A stretch of DNA of 64,000 nt from Octopus vulgaris (GCA_951406725.2 OX597817.1:29822001-29886000); one strand, 5' to 3'. Counted from the stretch's first letter, positions 14,448-27,454 are shown. Numbers and translations: made by a program. The notes: a model not told the origin generated them from the letters alone.

Positions 14448-14578
14448 GGCGCAGGAGTGGCTGTGTGGTAAGTAGCTTGTCTACCAACCACATGGTTCCG
14501 GGTTCATTCCCACTGCGTGGCACCTTCTACTATAGCCTCGGTAAATTGGTAAATGGAAACTGAAAGAAGCCCGTCGTA

Positions 14579-14626
<48 letters not shown>

Positions 14627-14829
14627 TGTGTGTGTTTGTCCCCTAGCATTGCTTGACAACCGATGCTGGTGTGTTTATGTCCCCATTACTTAGTGGTTTG
14701 GCAAAAGAGACCGATAGAATAAGCTTACAAAAGAATAAGTCCCGGGGTCGAGTTTCTTGATTAAAGGCGGTGCTCCAGCATGGCTGCAGTCAAATGACTG
14801 AAACAAGAAAAGGAGTAAAAGAGTAGAGT
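14448..14829 (+). mobile_element. SINE family B
   Basis: ggcgcaggagtggctgtgtggtaag...ggttcattccc (A/B-box-like head), tail gactgaaacaag...(gagtaaaa)n. Confidence 0.9.
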
Positions 14830-15239
14830 AAATATATACATACATATATATATACATATATACATATATATATATATATATGCTTATATACAAATACTCA
14901 CATATAGACATGCATCCACATATATTAAAGCATATATCAATAAAACCTATTAATATTTTGAAAACTAACGTTTTTTTTCTGAAATAGAACAAAATCCAAG
15001 AAGGCTTCTATTTTCATAAAAAAATTCTTAGCCAAATGCATACAAGACGTTAACAGCTCATTGCTTATTGTTTAAAGTATTTGTACCTTCTGTAAAAATT
15101 ATCAGTTTATGTTTTGCTCAGACAAAGAATACACTGTATCTTTGATTTGTAGCTCCCATTCCTGTAAGGCTGTGCATTATCTACAATAGACCAGGTAATT
15201 TTAAATTCATGAGAACTTGTTTTATGCAACAACCATATA

Positions 15240-16250
15240 CAGGGTGTCCCAAAATTAAGGCAACCAACTTTTTTCAATTTTGCCAAAGCTAAATATTATT
15301 TTCTGCTTGAGACTCGAAATTTTGGGAGGAAGGGCCCCGAAAGGATGAAAGGCAAAGTCGACCTCGGTGGAATTTGAACTCAGAATGTAAAGACGGACAA
15401 AATAGTGCTAAGCATTTCACCCGGCGTGCTAACATTTCTGCCAGCTCATCGAGTTGAGATCGGGGCTTCCTAAGGGCCATTTATCCTTGCTTATGAACAA
15501 TGGAATGTTTTTCTGAATCTAGTGTTGTGTCTGTTTAGAGCTGTGATATTGAGCTGAGTCCTGTTAGAGGCTCGAATGGGTACCTTGAAAGTGCTCATTC
15601 GCCCATGGAAGCAGCTCAGCTACCAGAATGTTGCTAATTATATCAGTGGGTGTTAATTTTAACACCCAAGTGCGCAAAAACGAGGGGCGACCTTCTAGTG
15701 GATGTCACAGCTGCCCAAATCATAAATGACCGTGGATTTTTACATCAATTTACGAGACTACACTCTACGGAGCCAGATACACTCCAAAGTCGGTCATTCT
15801 GGTGGTTCACTGTCAGTTTGATGCCAATTTTCTTTTCATCAGTGAACACCAGGTTGGACAGTGTGTCTTCAACAATCTGACACAGGACAAGACGACTTCT
15901 CTCCAGTCTCATGACCTATTAAACTTGCGTGAGCTCATAGCAGCGGATCATCTTGTAGGGGCGGACATCTTGTAGGGGTGGATCCTGAGATCCTCTTTCA
16001 GCACTCGACACATCGATGTTTGGTTTATTTTTGTTGTAGCAGCCAGTTTTCTTGTGAAACCTCAAGCATTTCACTGTATCTTTTCTCTGGTACTTTTGAT
16101 AAGTTGAGGGATCCACACACTTCTTTTTCAGCCACGTTTAAGGTCGATCAGGTTGAAATTTCTTAACAATTTTCCAGATTGTTGTTTGGTAAAGTTTAAG
16201 CTTTTTTGCTATAATTGTATTACTTTCGCCTCCTTTTTGGAGGGTTGTGA
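15240..16250 (-). mobile_element. Decayed Tc1/mariner transposon of maT (DD37D) type, interrupted by SINE A (15303-15448, -)
   Basis: TA+cagggtgtccc terminus at 15238. Minus-strand translation gives LVFTDEKK..NHQNDRLW..IWAAVT..RSPLVF..GVKIN and QDSAQYHSSKQTQ..FISKDKWPLGSPDLNSM, with stops and frameshifts. Far boundary approximate. Confidence 0.85.
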
Positions 16251-16324
16251 TTGTATTTCGGTCTATAGCCATTATCTAATTTATAAATCTGAATTTATTT
16301 GGTCTGAAACAAAAAGAAGATACA

Positions 16325-16530
16325 CTAAGCTCAGGTGCACAACAACTCACCAGAAAAGGTAGCTTAATGTGCATATACAGTGCATAGAATATTGCGCAGG
16401 AAAACAAAAATGTGGACAGTGACTGTTAGTAATGGCAAATTTAAGAAAGCATTTAAGATTTGAAGGATGTAGAGTCACAACAGCTAACAATTGATGCAGG
16501 TATTTTATTTGATGCTTCAGCAGTTCTGGG
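16325..16530 (-). mobile_element. Older CR1-like LINE 3' fragment
   Basis: gctcaggtgcacaacaact...tttgaaggatg...acaacagctaacaa...tgcttcagca resembles the reverse complement of 35215-35445. Confidence 0.55.
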
Positions 16531-16608
16531 CAGTTTTTGAAGCATGGACGTTGTAATGTTTACTAATTTTGTAAGCATGTTCATGCATATTATTTCTCTA
16601 TGGAAATT

Positions 16609-16771
16609 GCTTCTAACATAGACACAAGGCCTGAAAATAGGGAGATGGCAATAGTCAATTACGCTTCTAACATAGACACGAGGCCTGAAAATAGGGAGAT
16701 GGCAATAGTCAATTACGCTTCTAACATAGACACGAGGCCTGAAAATAGGGAGATGGCAATAGTCAATTACG
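16609..16771. repeat. 3 x 54-bp tandem repeat derived from the 3' end of a minus-strand SINE A
   Basis: Unit gcttctaacatagacacRaggcctgaaaatagggagatggcaatagtcaattac starts at 16609, 16663 and 16717. Confidence 0.95.
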
Positions 16772-16844
16772 TTGGTCCTTGTATTTGTCCATTTTCTTTT
16801 TTACTTTATTGATCCTGGAAGCCTGAAAAGCATCTTTTGCCATT

Positions 16845-17085
16845 GTAGTGGTTGGTCGTAGCCTTGTGAGTGAAATTTAAGATTGTGTGGAATTCTCCTC
16901 AAATGACTTTTAACTGCAATTCAAAGAACCAGCCTTGTTATACAGTGTCACTCTAATTCTGCCTCAGGGTTATATTAATGATACTTGTGTCTGTGGAAAC
17001 CTTAGCCATTTAGATGTATATTCAATGAGCAGGCAATTCGTTTGATCAAGCAATTAAATCCTCATCGTTCAAACTAACAGAGATA
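16845..17085 (+). mobile_element. SINE family D, old long-tail copy
   Basis: Degenerate match to 18123-18440 (tcaaag..cagccttgt..., tgtctgtgga..., aatgagcaggc). Confidence 0.6.
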
Positions 17086-17130
17086 CATTAACTTATTTAT
17101 TTCACAATAATAAAATAAAACCCAACATAC

Positions 17131-17525
17131 CATCATCATCATCATCATCATCGTTTAACGTCCATTTCCCATGCTAGCATGGGTTGGGTGGTCCGACAGG
17201 AGTCTGGGAAGCCAGGAGGCTGCACCAGGCTCCAGTCTGATCTGACAGTGTTTCTACAGCTAGATGCCCTTCCTAATGCCAACCACTCCATGAGTGTAGT
17301 GGGTGCTTTTCACGTGCCACCGGCACAAGTGCCAGGGGAGGCTGGCAGTGGCCACGATCAGTTGGTGCTTTTTACGTGCCACCAGCACAGAAGCTAGTCA
17401 AGGCAGTGCTGGCATTGGCCATGTTTGGATGGTGCCTTTTACGTGCCACCGGCACAGGTATCACAACTACAATTTCCATTTGATATTTATTATGATGTTG
17501 ATGTACTTGACTCAATAGGTCTTCT
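17131..17525 (-). mobile_element. SINE-like family C with (GAT)n tail
   Basis: (cat)n cgtttaacgtcc..catgctagcatgggttgg..gatgcccttcctaatgccaacc, followed by repeated ttttacgtgccacc units. Confidence 0.9.
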
Positions 17526-18122
17526 CATATGTAGTTATTATTTGTTGTCATTAATGGAAATATTTGGCAAATAGTCAGAAATGTATAGTCATTGCACCTG
17601 ATATGAGTACAACTGAATCACAGACACTAAATAATATTTATTTAATATTGTTCTTAAAATTTCAAATATATGTTATTTTTTTATTGTGATTTATTGACAT
17701 TGGATTCTTGTGCAGTCATTGACTTCTTCATTATTCTTTAGAGTATATCCATGTCTTGTCAAAATCTATCACGTCTATAAATAAAGTTCCAATTATGTTA
17801 AAAGTTGAAATCTAGCCGCAGTCTAGCAAAACACTCATTCCTTATAGAGTGTTCCTGCTATTCTACAGTGGCAGTTTGCTTGTGGTTCCTTAGCATGCTA
17901 GATATAGTAACCAAAGACCCTCAAATTGCATCTAAACATCTTGAAGAAAAGGAAACATATATTCTTTATTATAACTGTCAACATTATATGAACATTATAA
18001 ATTGAGACTAAGTTGACTTGGAATTATATGACTCTTTAGGTCATATTTCTACACCCTTCATTTTAAACAGAGATAATATACAAAGCAGAGTACAGTGAAT
18101 TGTCATTATATGCAGTTAGTAC

Positions 18123-18440
18123 AGGCATGTGGCTTAGTGGTTAGGGGCATTCGGCTCATGATCATAAGGTTGTGAGTTCAATTCCCGGCAGTGCGTTGAG
18201 TCCTTGAGCAAGAAACTTTATTTCATGTTGCTCCAGTCCACTCAGCTGGCAAAAATGAGCAGTACCTGTATTTCAAAGGGTCAGCCTTGTCATACTCTGT
18301 GTCATGTTGAATCTTCCCAAGAACTATGTTAAGGGTACACGTGTTTGTGGAGTGCTCAGCCACTTGCACATTAATTTCACAAGCAAGCTGTTCCGTTGAT
18401 CGTATCAGCTGGGACCCTCGTCGTTGCAACCGATGGAGTG
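18123..18440 (+). mobile_element. tRNA-derived SINE family D (long tail)
   Basis: A box tggcttagtgg, B box gttcaattc, core ccttgagcaag..gctccagtccactcagctggc; matches 58785-59108. Confidence 0.9.
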
Positions 18441-18511
18441 CTCCTACAAAGGTGTGGCTCAAATGTAGAGTATTTAGTAAGAAATAAAACTTAGGTTGTA
18501 AGTATATGTAA

Positions 18512-18815
18512 GGCCTAGTGGTTAGAGCAGCGGACTTGCAGTTGAGGGATTGTGGGTTCGAATCTCAGACCAGGTGATGTGTGTGTTTATGAGCAAAACA
18601 CTTGAGCTCCACACGGCTCCGGCAGAAGGTAATGGCGAACTTCTGCTGACTCTTTCGCCACAATTTCTCTCACTCTTTCCTCCTGCATCTTGCAGCTCAC
18701 CTGTGACAGACCGACGTCCCATCCAGGTGGGGGAATCTATATGCCAAGGAAACTGGGAAACCAGCTCTATGAGCCAGGCATGGGTCGAGAAGGAACAAAC
18801 AAAACAACAAACAAC
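18512..18815 (+). mobile_element. tRNA-derived SINE family E
   Basis: ggcctagtgg A box, ggttcgaatc B box, (aac)n tail; TSD aagtatatg(t/c)aa at 18500-18511 and 18816-18827. Confidence 0.88.
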
Positions 18816-18973
18816 AAGTATATGCAATAGCAATGGATCATGGAAATTAAGGGAAACAAACAATGGAGTGAATTAACAGCAGAATATGGACACTGGATAT
18901 GCCATTTGAAAGCACTAACTGTTGTAGAGTGAGAAAGAGAAGCACGAAGTATCCAAATCTTGTTTGATACCTA

Positions 18974-19324
18974 GGTGTGGGAGTGGCTGGGTAGTAAATA
19001 GCTTGCTTACCAACCACATGGTTCCAGGTTCAGTTCCACTGCGTGGCACCTGGGGCAAGTGTCTTCTAATATAGCCTAGGGCTGACCAAAGCCTTGTGAG
19101 TGGATTTGGTAGACGGAAACTAAAAGAAGCCCATCGTATATATGTATATATGTGTGTATGTGTGTATGTATGTTTGTGTGTCTGTGTTTGTTCCCTCCAA
19201 CATCGCTTGACAACCGATGCTGGTGTGTTTACGTCCCCATAACTTAGCGGTTTGGCAAAAGAGTCTGATAGAATAAGTACTGGGCTTACAAAGAATAAGT
19301 CGTGGGGTAAAAGAGTAAAAGAGT
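18974..19324 (+). mobile_element. SINE family B
   Basis: Matches the B consensus, with an internal deletion near the tail. Confidence 0.9.
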
Positions 19325-19349
19325 ACATATATGCCAATAGAAACAGTGT

Positions 19350-19520
19350 GAGCTAATGAGGGAGTGTCTATAGAGATAGTAGTTAGACCTGGTAGAAATA
19401 GCAGCTAAACCTCCCAGAAATCAGACATTGGCACTTAGAAAAAGAGAAGGATCATGACTGGAATACTTTTGACCATAGTTCAGTTTGATCGGCTTCGGCC
19501 TGATCAACTAGCAACAACTA
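19350..19520 (+). mobile_element. Old family F repeat fragment (related pieces at ~20905-21100 and ~33985-34172)
   Basis: Shared motifs tagaaatagcagc.aaa, catg.ctggaa..ctttga.catag and an (aac)-rich end. Confidence 0.55.
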
Positions 19521-19629
19521 GATATCTAGTATTGCTGTTGTTGCATGCAGAATGGTGAAAGACAAGTAGTAAAAAATAATTTTTCACCTTGTTAAGTATG
19601 GTGATTGTATAAACCTGGTGAAGAGGAAG

Positions 19630-19678
19630 ATACTGATGGTGACAACTGTGAAAATGATGATGACGATGGTGATGATAT

Positions 19679-19727
<49 letters not shown>

Positions 19728-19862
19728 GGTCGTGGTGGTGGTGGTGGTGACGATGATGATAATTAAAGGTGTGGAAGGTAGCCTGAGAACCTGAAGACAA
19801 TAATGATGACAGAGATGACATCAACAACAATGACAACGATGATGATGATGACGATGATGATT
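19630..19862. repeat. (GAT)n/(GGT)n microsatellite
   Basis: Seen directly; source of the poly-His ORF. Confidence 0.95.
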
Positions 19863-21104
19863 ATGTCAATGATGGACAACATTACATAATTTTCTTTACT
19901 GTTTTGTTTCTGTTTTTTTTTTGTTTTTTTTTTTGCTATGAATATGAAAACACTTTTATGAGAGACACCGGAGTACAAATGAATGGCAACAGTGTGAGAG
20001 GCGTAAACATTTTTTTTTTACATTTCTGCTGTTGCATGTCTGTTATTTAATTATCATATCTAATACCAGAGACAGACAGGTTCTCTGGTTAAGCCAAGTG
20101 AAATAATATCAAAACCACATTTATCAAGTATCTCACCCACAAATAATGAGTGTTTTATGACTATCTGATTTTGTCTATTTTGTTCTTTTTTGATGTTTTT
20201 TTTTAATGTTATTTTAGTACTTCTTTTGTTTCCCATTTTGTTGTTTATTTGTTAATATTGTTTTCTTATTATTTTAATTGTTTGTTATGTTGTTTCTTTC
20301 ATATATCGTTTGAAATTTTAACAATAAAACTGCTTAACAACAATTTCTAAATTATCGTTCTCTTCCATAATTCATCTTTCTAATTTTTATTATTATTATT
20401 ATTGATACCTCTTCTGATAAACACATTTGGCTTAAACTCAAAATATTTTCACATTTTATTTATTTATTATTTACTCATTTGTTTAGTTTATTTATCTATT
20501 TATTTCTCTTCTTTATTATTTTTTCATCTGGTTTTGCCAATTTCTGAGTCCAATAGTACAGATTCAGACAAAGTGATGAAAGGAAATATTTTTAAACTCC
20601 TGACCATGATAATAATCACGATCATCATCATTAATAACCTCTTCCTCCTTCTCCCCAGTACACATCACTACTACCACTGCCCCTTCCACACCACCACCAC
20701 CACCACCACTATCATCACCTCTTCATCATTATCTTTGTAATCATTTTATTCTGTTTTTCTATGATAACATATGATGTTTTGTAGTACATTATCTTTCCAT
20801 GTCTCAAACCTATCTTTTTGAGGGTTAGTAATTTCTGATCTAACCTGAATGTGTCTTCGTAGAGCCTTCTCAATGATCAACAATCACTTCTACTCTTCAT
20901 TGTTCGAGCCAACAAGGGACCCTCTTTGTGGACACTTGACATGCTAGAAATATCAGCAAATTCTGTTACGAATCATACACAGCTATTTACCCCACACAAA
21001 AGAAAAAAATACAAAACAAAAACAACTGTGGAATATATTTGTTAGTGTAGTCCTAAGTACACTCTGGTCAGAATAACTGTTGAGGCAATCATGCTAGAAC
21101 AATT

Positions 21105-21340
21105 TTATTTCTTTTACTACCCACAAGGGGCTACACACAGAGAGGACAAACAAGGACAGACAAACGGATTAAGTCGATTATATCAATCCCAGTGCGTAAC
21201 TGGTACTTATTTAATTGACTCCGAAAGGATGAAAGGCAAAATCGACTTTGAACTCAGAATTTGAACTCAGAACGTAACAGCAGACGAAATACTGCTAAGC
21301 ATTTCGCCCAGCGTACTAATGTTTCTGCCAGCTTGCTGCC
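21105..21340 (-). mobile_element. SINE family A
   Basis: Reverse complement of the A consensus. Confidence 0.9.
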
Positions 21341-21414
21341 CTTGGTCATAGATATACTCAAATTAAGGCTGAACAATCTTGGTCATAGATATACTCAAAT
21401 CAAGACTGAACTTG

Positions 21415-21460
21415 ATTATTATTATTATTATTATTATTATTATCATTATTATTATCATCA

Positions 21461-21518
<58 letters not shown>

Positions 21519-21635
21519 TATTATTATTATTATTCAGGTCACTACCTGGGAAAATAATAACAACGACATTGAAAAATACCTTAGGAATGAGAACCCAAGT
21601 TCGAAATTTCTCCAAGACACCTGATTTCTCCAAGA
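21415..21635 (-). mobile_element. (TAA)n tract plus a short unique segment, probably a retroelement 3' end, with triplicated flank
   Basis: (TTA)n at 21415-21534; cttggtcatagatatactcaaa..aag.ctgaac occurs at 21341, 21378 and 21648. Confidence 0.55.
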
Positions 21636-22830
21636 CAGCTCGCCACCCTTGGTCATAGATATACTCAAACCAAGGCTGAACTAAGACTAAGCATTAATTT
21701 CTGACACTGCACTCATGACATCTGCACTCTAGATCTATCTTCATGTATTTCTCAATCAACAACCAAATTGGAACATTGTGCCATAATCGAAGACTGCTAC
21801 AACTTTGCTTAATAATTCAGTGGAGCATGAACTGGAAACTGGAATAGTTTCTGTTTACTTTCCTCAAAGACTTGAGGAGATTAGAGCAGATGCCTTTAGC
21901 TAACAAACCATTCATTATGCAGAATTCTTACTGCCTACATCAGCAAGCTAAACTGCATTTCTCCAAAATATCTCTTCTCCGCTACAGAGACTAGGCCAAA
22001 GCTTCTTTGATATAATATTGCTGATGGCATCAAAATTCTTGATCTCTAAGCTAGAGAGATGTTTAGTTTTTGGAGACAGCCTGTTGGTAATTTACATTTT
22101 GCTGCTTATACAACTTTAATAATACTTTCTGCCCATAATTAACAAGTTCTTTAACATGATTGCCAATATATGTGAGTGCAGTTCATGTCTGTTTTTACTT
22201 TTACTCATGGTAAATACAGTTATTATGTGCAGCAAGAATAGCAGGCAACAATTGAATCTACACAAAAATATACATGGCTAATTTGGTTTCTTTGTGATTT
22301 ACTAATTAGCAATTTCACAGCTGGACTTATTCTCTTCAAATATTATAGATTTAATGTTATTGCATATTTATTTATTGTCTGAGAAAAATTATAAACAACA
22401 ATCAGATTCATATTATTTTAACATCATCATTGATTGGTGGAGTGGGGCAGGGTGGGGGATATAGATTATGAAAAGGAAGAGAGTGCAGTTAATGCTTTCT
22501 ATAAGTTGCTATCGGTTCTTTATTGTATCGAATATCTGTGTAGGGAGAGAAGTTTTAAGGAATACAATCTAAGGAAGAGAAGGAATCTAAAAAGTGATTA
22601 GTGTATTGATGAAGAGTAATATTGTCAAAATGACAGAAGTAAATGTGTTATATTAATTAGATTTCATTAATTTCAGAAAATTCTAGACAACTAGAATAGA
22701 GTTAAAGCAAAATGGAGATCAGATTCAATTCATATTTAGAGAGCACACAGGCTCTGTCTCTTGTTTTTCTTCTTTTTTTTTGTGAGATATATATACTCCA
22801 GCAATTAGCATTCCCATTTTGTGAGGAGTG

Positions 22831-23084
22831 GAGGCATGTGGCTTACTGGTTAGGGTGTCAGTATCATGATTGTAAGATTGTGGTTTCGATTCCTGGACCA
22901 CGGTGACGTGCTGTGTTCTTGAGCAAAACACTTCATTTGACATTACTCCAGTCCACTCAGCTGGCAAAAATGAGTAACGCTGCTATGGACTGGTGGAACA
23001 CATACGCATTGACACCAAGAAACCGGGCCCATGAGCCTGGCTAGGCTTTAAAAAGGCGCATTTATTTTTATTTTATTTTATTTT
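22831..23084 (+). mobile_element. SINE family D (short tail)
   Basis: gaggcatgtggctta.tggttaggg...ccagtccactcagctggc...gcgcattta(ttttta)n; matches 32388-32627. Confidence 0.88.
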
Positions 23085-23634
23085 GTGAGGAATATAAGGT
23101 CTACAAAAAAGATATCATCATGGTGCAGTGTGGTGTCTCCAACTGTAGCTTGCTCAAAATCCAGAACTTCCCTGTTATATGTAATATTAGCAAATGAATG
23201 TGTGAAAAGCTGTGCTTGTTGCAATTGTTGCTGTTGTTATTGTTATTGTTGTATGAGTCTTCCACTAAACTCTTATTTGTGTCACAAACATCAAACACAT
23301 CATTATATATTTTTTTCATGTTCATATTTTATTTATAATCTTATTCAGTTTTTGTGTTGTCTGCGCAAACGGTTTTATTTATTGAGTGGGTGTGTCAGCA
23401 ATTTGTAATGAATGCTGGAGAGCAAAAAAGATGTTTTCTATACGCTTTTGTACCACAAAAATGTAAGAAAAAAAGGGTAAATGAAAATCCCTCACAATCT
23501 TGAGTAATCACTTCATGCAATATCACACACAAAGAGTAATCCAATTTTTATGAAACTTGACAAAATGTTATTCATAGACTGAAGTAATACCATCTCCCCA
23601 AGGCAAAAAACAACAACAATATTTTTTTAGAATT

Positions 23635-23683
23635 AACAATAATAATAGTAATAACAACAACAATAATAATAATAATAATAATG

Positions 23684-23737
<54 letters not shown>

Positions 23738-23848
23738 GCGGTTTCAAATTTTGTCACAAGGCCAGCAATTTTAGGGGAGGTGGTTAGTCAATTTCATTGA
23801 CACCAATACTCAAATGGTACATATTTTATCAAGAAAAGGATTAAAGGT
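23635..23848 (-). mobile_element. (AAT)n microsatellite followed by an old SINE A 3' part
   Basis: (aat)n at 23635-23737, then ggtttcaaattttgtcacaaggccagcaattt. Confidence 0.7.
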
Positions 23849-26307
23849 ATCTGTCCATGACAATGACACATGATATCATATACCCCCTACACTGCTAATA
23901 AAGGGGATTTCACTTAAAATAGCGACCAAGGCAGATTCCCTGTCTTCCTTGAATAGCGAAAAGGAACACTTTGTGACTTTGATAAAGCACAGGTATATTA
24001 CTTTCCTTCTTTTGTACACATCTATAATGGCATATGATAGGGTAGTGTCTGTCTCAGGAACATAATGCCCACAAGATTTCTTCCTTCAGTAAAATGTTCC
24101 TCATTGAAAGGTTCTTGTTCTGTGGCATTTGTGAAAGATAACATTTAAGGATTCTTATTTAAGTTTGTCCAGTTGTTGTTGACAATATGCTATTATACTG
24201 TTTTTGTTCGTGGAGTATTATTTCTTGTCTTTTCTACCTGTTGCTTGTGTGTTCATTAAACTTACTTTACACTTTGTTTCTTTCTACATGGTGGGGGTTA
24301 TCGTTGCTTTTACTTACTATAATCTCTTTCTTAGCATATCCAGAGGAAAAAGAAGCCATTTTTATCTTAGCTCTTGATAGAAAAATAGTGATATTTTAAA
24401 AACTATTCTCTATTATCTAACCACATTGAGATTTAGGCATTCAAAAATGTTCACTAAAGTTCCCTGTGTGAAATAAAATGAAAACAAAACATTAATTTCT
24501 TCAGTTTCATTGAGAATAATCACAGAAAAATTTTACAGGTCTTAAAACTGTCAGCAATAAATAATGATTATAACGATTGAGGCACAAGGCCAACAATTGT
24601 GAAAAGGTAACTTCAACCTTAGTACTTCACTGGAAATTTATTTTAGTGACACTTTAAAGATGAATAACAAAGTTGGCCTTAGCAGGGTTTGAACTCAGAA
24701 TGTAAAGAATAAATACTACAAAGCATTTTCTGTGACAGAATTCAAAGAATCATTCTGAGAGTATTCTCCGAAATTTCACAATGAACTGTACCTACTTACA
24801 ACTAGGTGAGCTAAGGTTGTGAGAGTTGAGTTTCTTTCAAGAGTACACAGTATTGTATGGGTATTAACGATGAAAAGATATTAAATATTGATTCTGTTTC
24901 TGTTATATTTGTACCCCAATAACTTAGGCACTTGTGACACATTGGCTTTCCTTAAGTCAAACTTAAATTAATTTTAGTTCTAATGATTGATCTTAACATC
25001 TATAATTTTTAAAGTTTTCAATGAGATCCCCATGCAATGTATGAATTTTTGTTTGACTGGAAGTTATGTCAATATATTGCAGTTTTATTATTATTATTAT
25101 TATTATTTTTTTTTTTTTTTTGTTTATTTACATTCGTTATTTTACCTGAAAAAGTCTTCCTTGTGGCATTTGTTGAATTAAAATGCATGTTTCTCTTGTC
25201 TTGCTCCAGTGAATTGCAGATTAAAAATAAAGTAAAGCAGATAGCTATTGGATTCTTTGGATTTAATAAGAGACAAATCAAATCAGATAGATTGCTAAAG
25301 TGTGATTTAACTTCAATTTAGGATTTCATTCCTTTCAATATATCAAAGTTATGATAGTTTCAATGCTCTATTACATACATTCATACATACATACATACAT
25401 AAAATTATACTCACACATGAATAAACAAATACACATAGGTATGTACAGGTGAACTACACATACAAAACTTTATATAGAGTAGAGTAATACATATAATTTT
25501 CCGTATGTTTATAGTTGTATATATGTTTGCGCGTGTGAGTGTGTGTGTGTCTATGCTTGCATCTCTGTATGTGTGTATATATATATATATATATACACAC
25601 ACACATATACATACATGTTTACAGACATATATGGACATATATATTATAGCTACATATGTATATCATCAACATCATCATCATCATCTTCATCATCATGAGT
25701 GTGTTTACTGATGTGTATGGAAATATATCTACAGTATTGACATAAAACAATTTATGTCTCTCTGTGCATATATATATATGTATCTATGTATGTATGAATG
25801 TATGAGTGCTTGTGTGTGTGTGCACATGTATGCGTGTGTGTACAACTCAAAAAATTCATTAAACTGCCTGTTTTAATCAAATTTCTGAAAGAGGCTTATT
25901 TTTAGACACTTCTCTGTTAAATGTACTTCAATTATTGATAACATGTATAAGAACACTTCAGGCTATATTATTTGCTGTTATTTAATTTCTTTCTTATTCT
26001 CTGATTTGTTGTTGAATTGAAATTAAATCAGATATACCACAGAAAATTCTGTTTCCTTCTATTTATAAATGATATCACTCATTCGTGAGCAGCAAACAAA
26101 TAATCCACAGTTGGATAGTTTCATCAGAGCATGTCTGTACAATATATAATCTATATCATCATCATCATCATCATCATCTTCACCATTTTTATGTCCACTT
26201 TTTAATGCGGGTAAGGACTGAACATAAATTTCTCGAGGTTGTTTTATACAGCTAGATGCCATTCTTGACTCCAAGCATTACCTATTTTCATTACTTATTT
26301 TCATGTA

Positions 26308-26828
26308 TTGTAAATCCTCGAGTATAATCCGCATTTCCCCCCCAAAATTTAAAGGTCAAAATCCCTAGTGCGTACTATATACGAGTTTAAAAATGATAAA
26401 TATTCTCTAAGTAATGTCCAAGTCTCTATTTGCTGTCCAGCAATGTTTATTCAGATGCATTTTGTGATGTCGGGTGCGAAAATACCTTAAGCTAAGCCTG
26501 AAAGCAATGAAGTCATAGAAGAATCACCCATAACCTGCAGTAAGCAACATTTATTAAAGTAAAAGTATTCAGAAGACAGAATAACATGTAACAAAAACAA
26601 TTTACAAACATATTTACATTCCCATATAACAGTTAAGAACATCACCATTATTGTATTACGCATGCACGGAAGTGTTTCTTCGACTAGGTGCTGCTGGCTT
26701 AATTACGCATGACTCAAGTTAGAGAAGGGTGCATATTATACACAAGGTTTAGGTTTTACAGAGGTACAGCCCCATAAAAATCCTCTGCATATTATACTCA
26801 AGGGTGGACTATACTCGAGGATTTACGG
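26308..26828. mobile_element. Non-autonomous pogo/Tc2-like MITE (~520 bp)
   Basis: TIRs ttgtaaatcctcgagtataatcc / ggactatactcgaggatttacgg, with TA on both sides (26306-26307, 26829-26830). Confidence 0.88.
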
Positions 26829-27056
26829 TACTTTATTCCACAGGTCTTTGCAGATTGCACAACATAGCTACTCAAATACTTAAATTAGTTTCATTCAGAA
26901 TTAGTCGAGGCCATGACTAAGCTAACAGCCCCACCTAGAAAAGACATTTAATGATGTTTTATACTGGTTTCAAATTTGGGTACAAGGTCACCAACTTCAG
27001 GGAAGGGGCAGGTCAATTACATTGACCCAGTGTTCAACTGTTACCTATTCTATCGA

Positions 27057-27290
27057 ATAGGCGGCGAGCTGGCAGAAACGTTAGCACGCCGGGTGAAATG
27101 TGTAGCCGTATTTCGTCTGCCATTACGTTCTGAGTTCAAATTCCGCCGAGGTCGACTTTGCCTTTCATTCTTTCGGGGTCGATAAATTAAGTACCAGTTA
27201 CGCACTGGGGTCGATGTAATCGACTTAATCCGTTTGTCTGTCCTTGTTTGTCCCCTCTGTGTTTAGCCCCTTGTGGGTAGTAAAGAAATA
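27057..27290 (+). mobile_element. Young SINE A nested in an older opposite-strand SINE A (26966-27420)
   Basis: Perfect 18-bp TSD tgttacctattctatcga at 27039-27056 and 27291-27308; CpGs retained. Confidence 0.95.
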
Positions 27291-27454
27291 TGTTACCTAT
27301 TCTATCGACCCTGAGAGGATGAAAGGCAAGGTCAACTTCAGCAGAATTTGGATTCAGAATGGGAAGATGAACAAAATACCGCTAAGCATACTGCCTGGTA
27401 TGCTAATGAGTCTGCCAGCCACTGACTTAATGATGTTTCATATTACAGTCATTA

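Noticed and set aside
15122-15194. Candidate exon (ttttgctcag ... cag|gtaatt)
   Set aside because: Stops in all three frames; such splice-like pairs are frequent by chance. It could only be a UTR exon, and nothing supports that.
16609-16771. CRISPR-like appearance of the 54-bp and 80-bp (55126-55368) repeats
   Set aside because: No unique spacers, no cas genes, eukaryotic context, and the units derive from SINEs.
18123-18200. tRNA-like sequences at SINE heads (also at 18512, 22831, 32388 and 59030-59108)
   Set aside because: A/B boxes are present, but there is no proper acceptor stem and they run into SINE bodies, so they are not tRNA genes.
23903-23992. Open + strand frame ending at cag|gtatat
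   Set aside because: No polypyrimidine acceptor and no recognisable protein; the region is better explained as a minus-strand repeat remnant.
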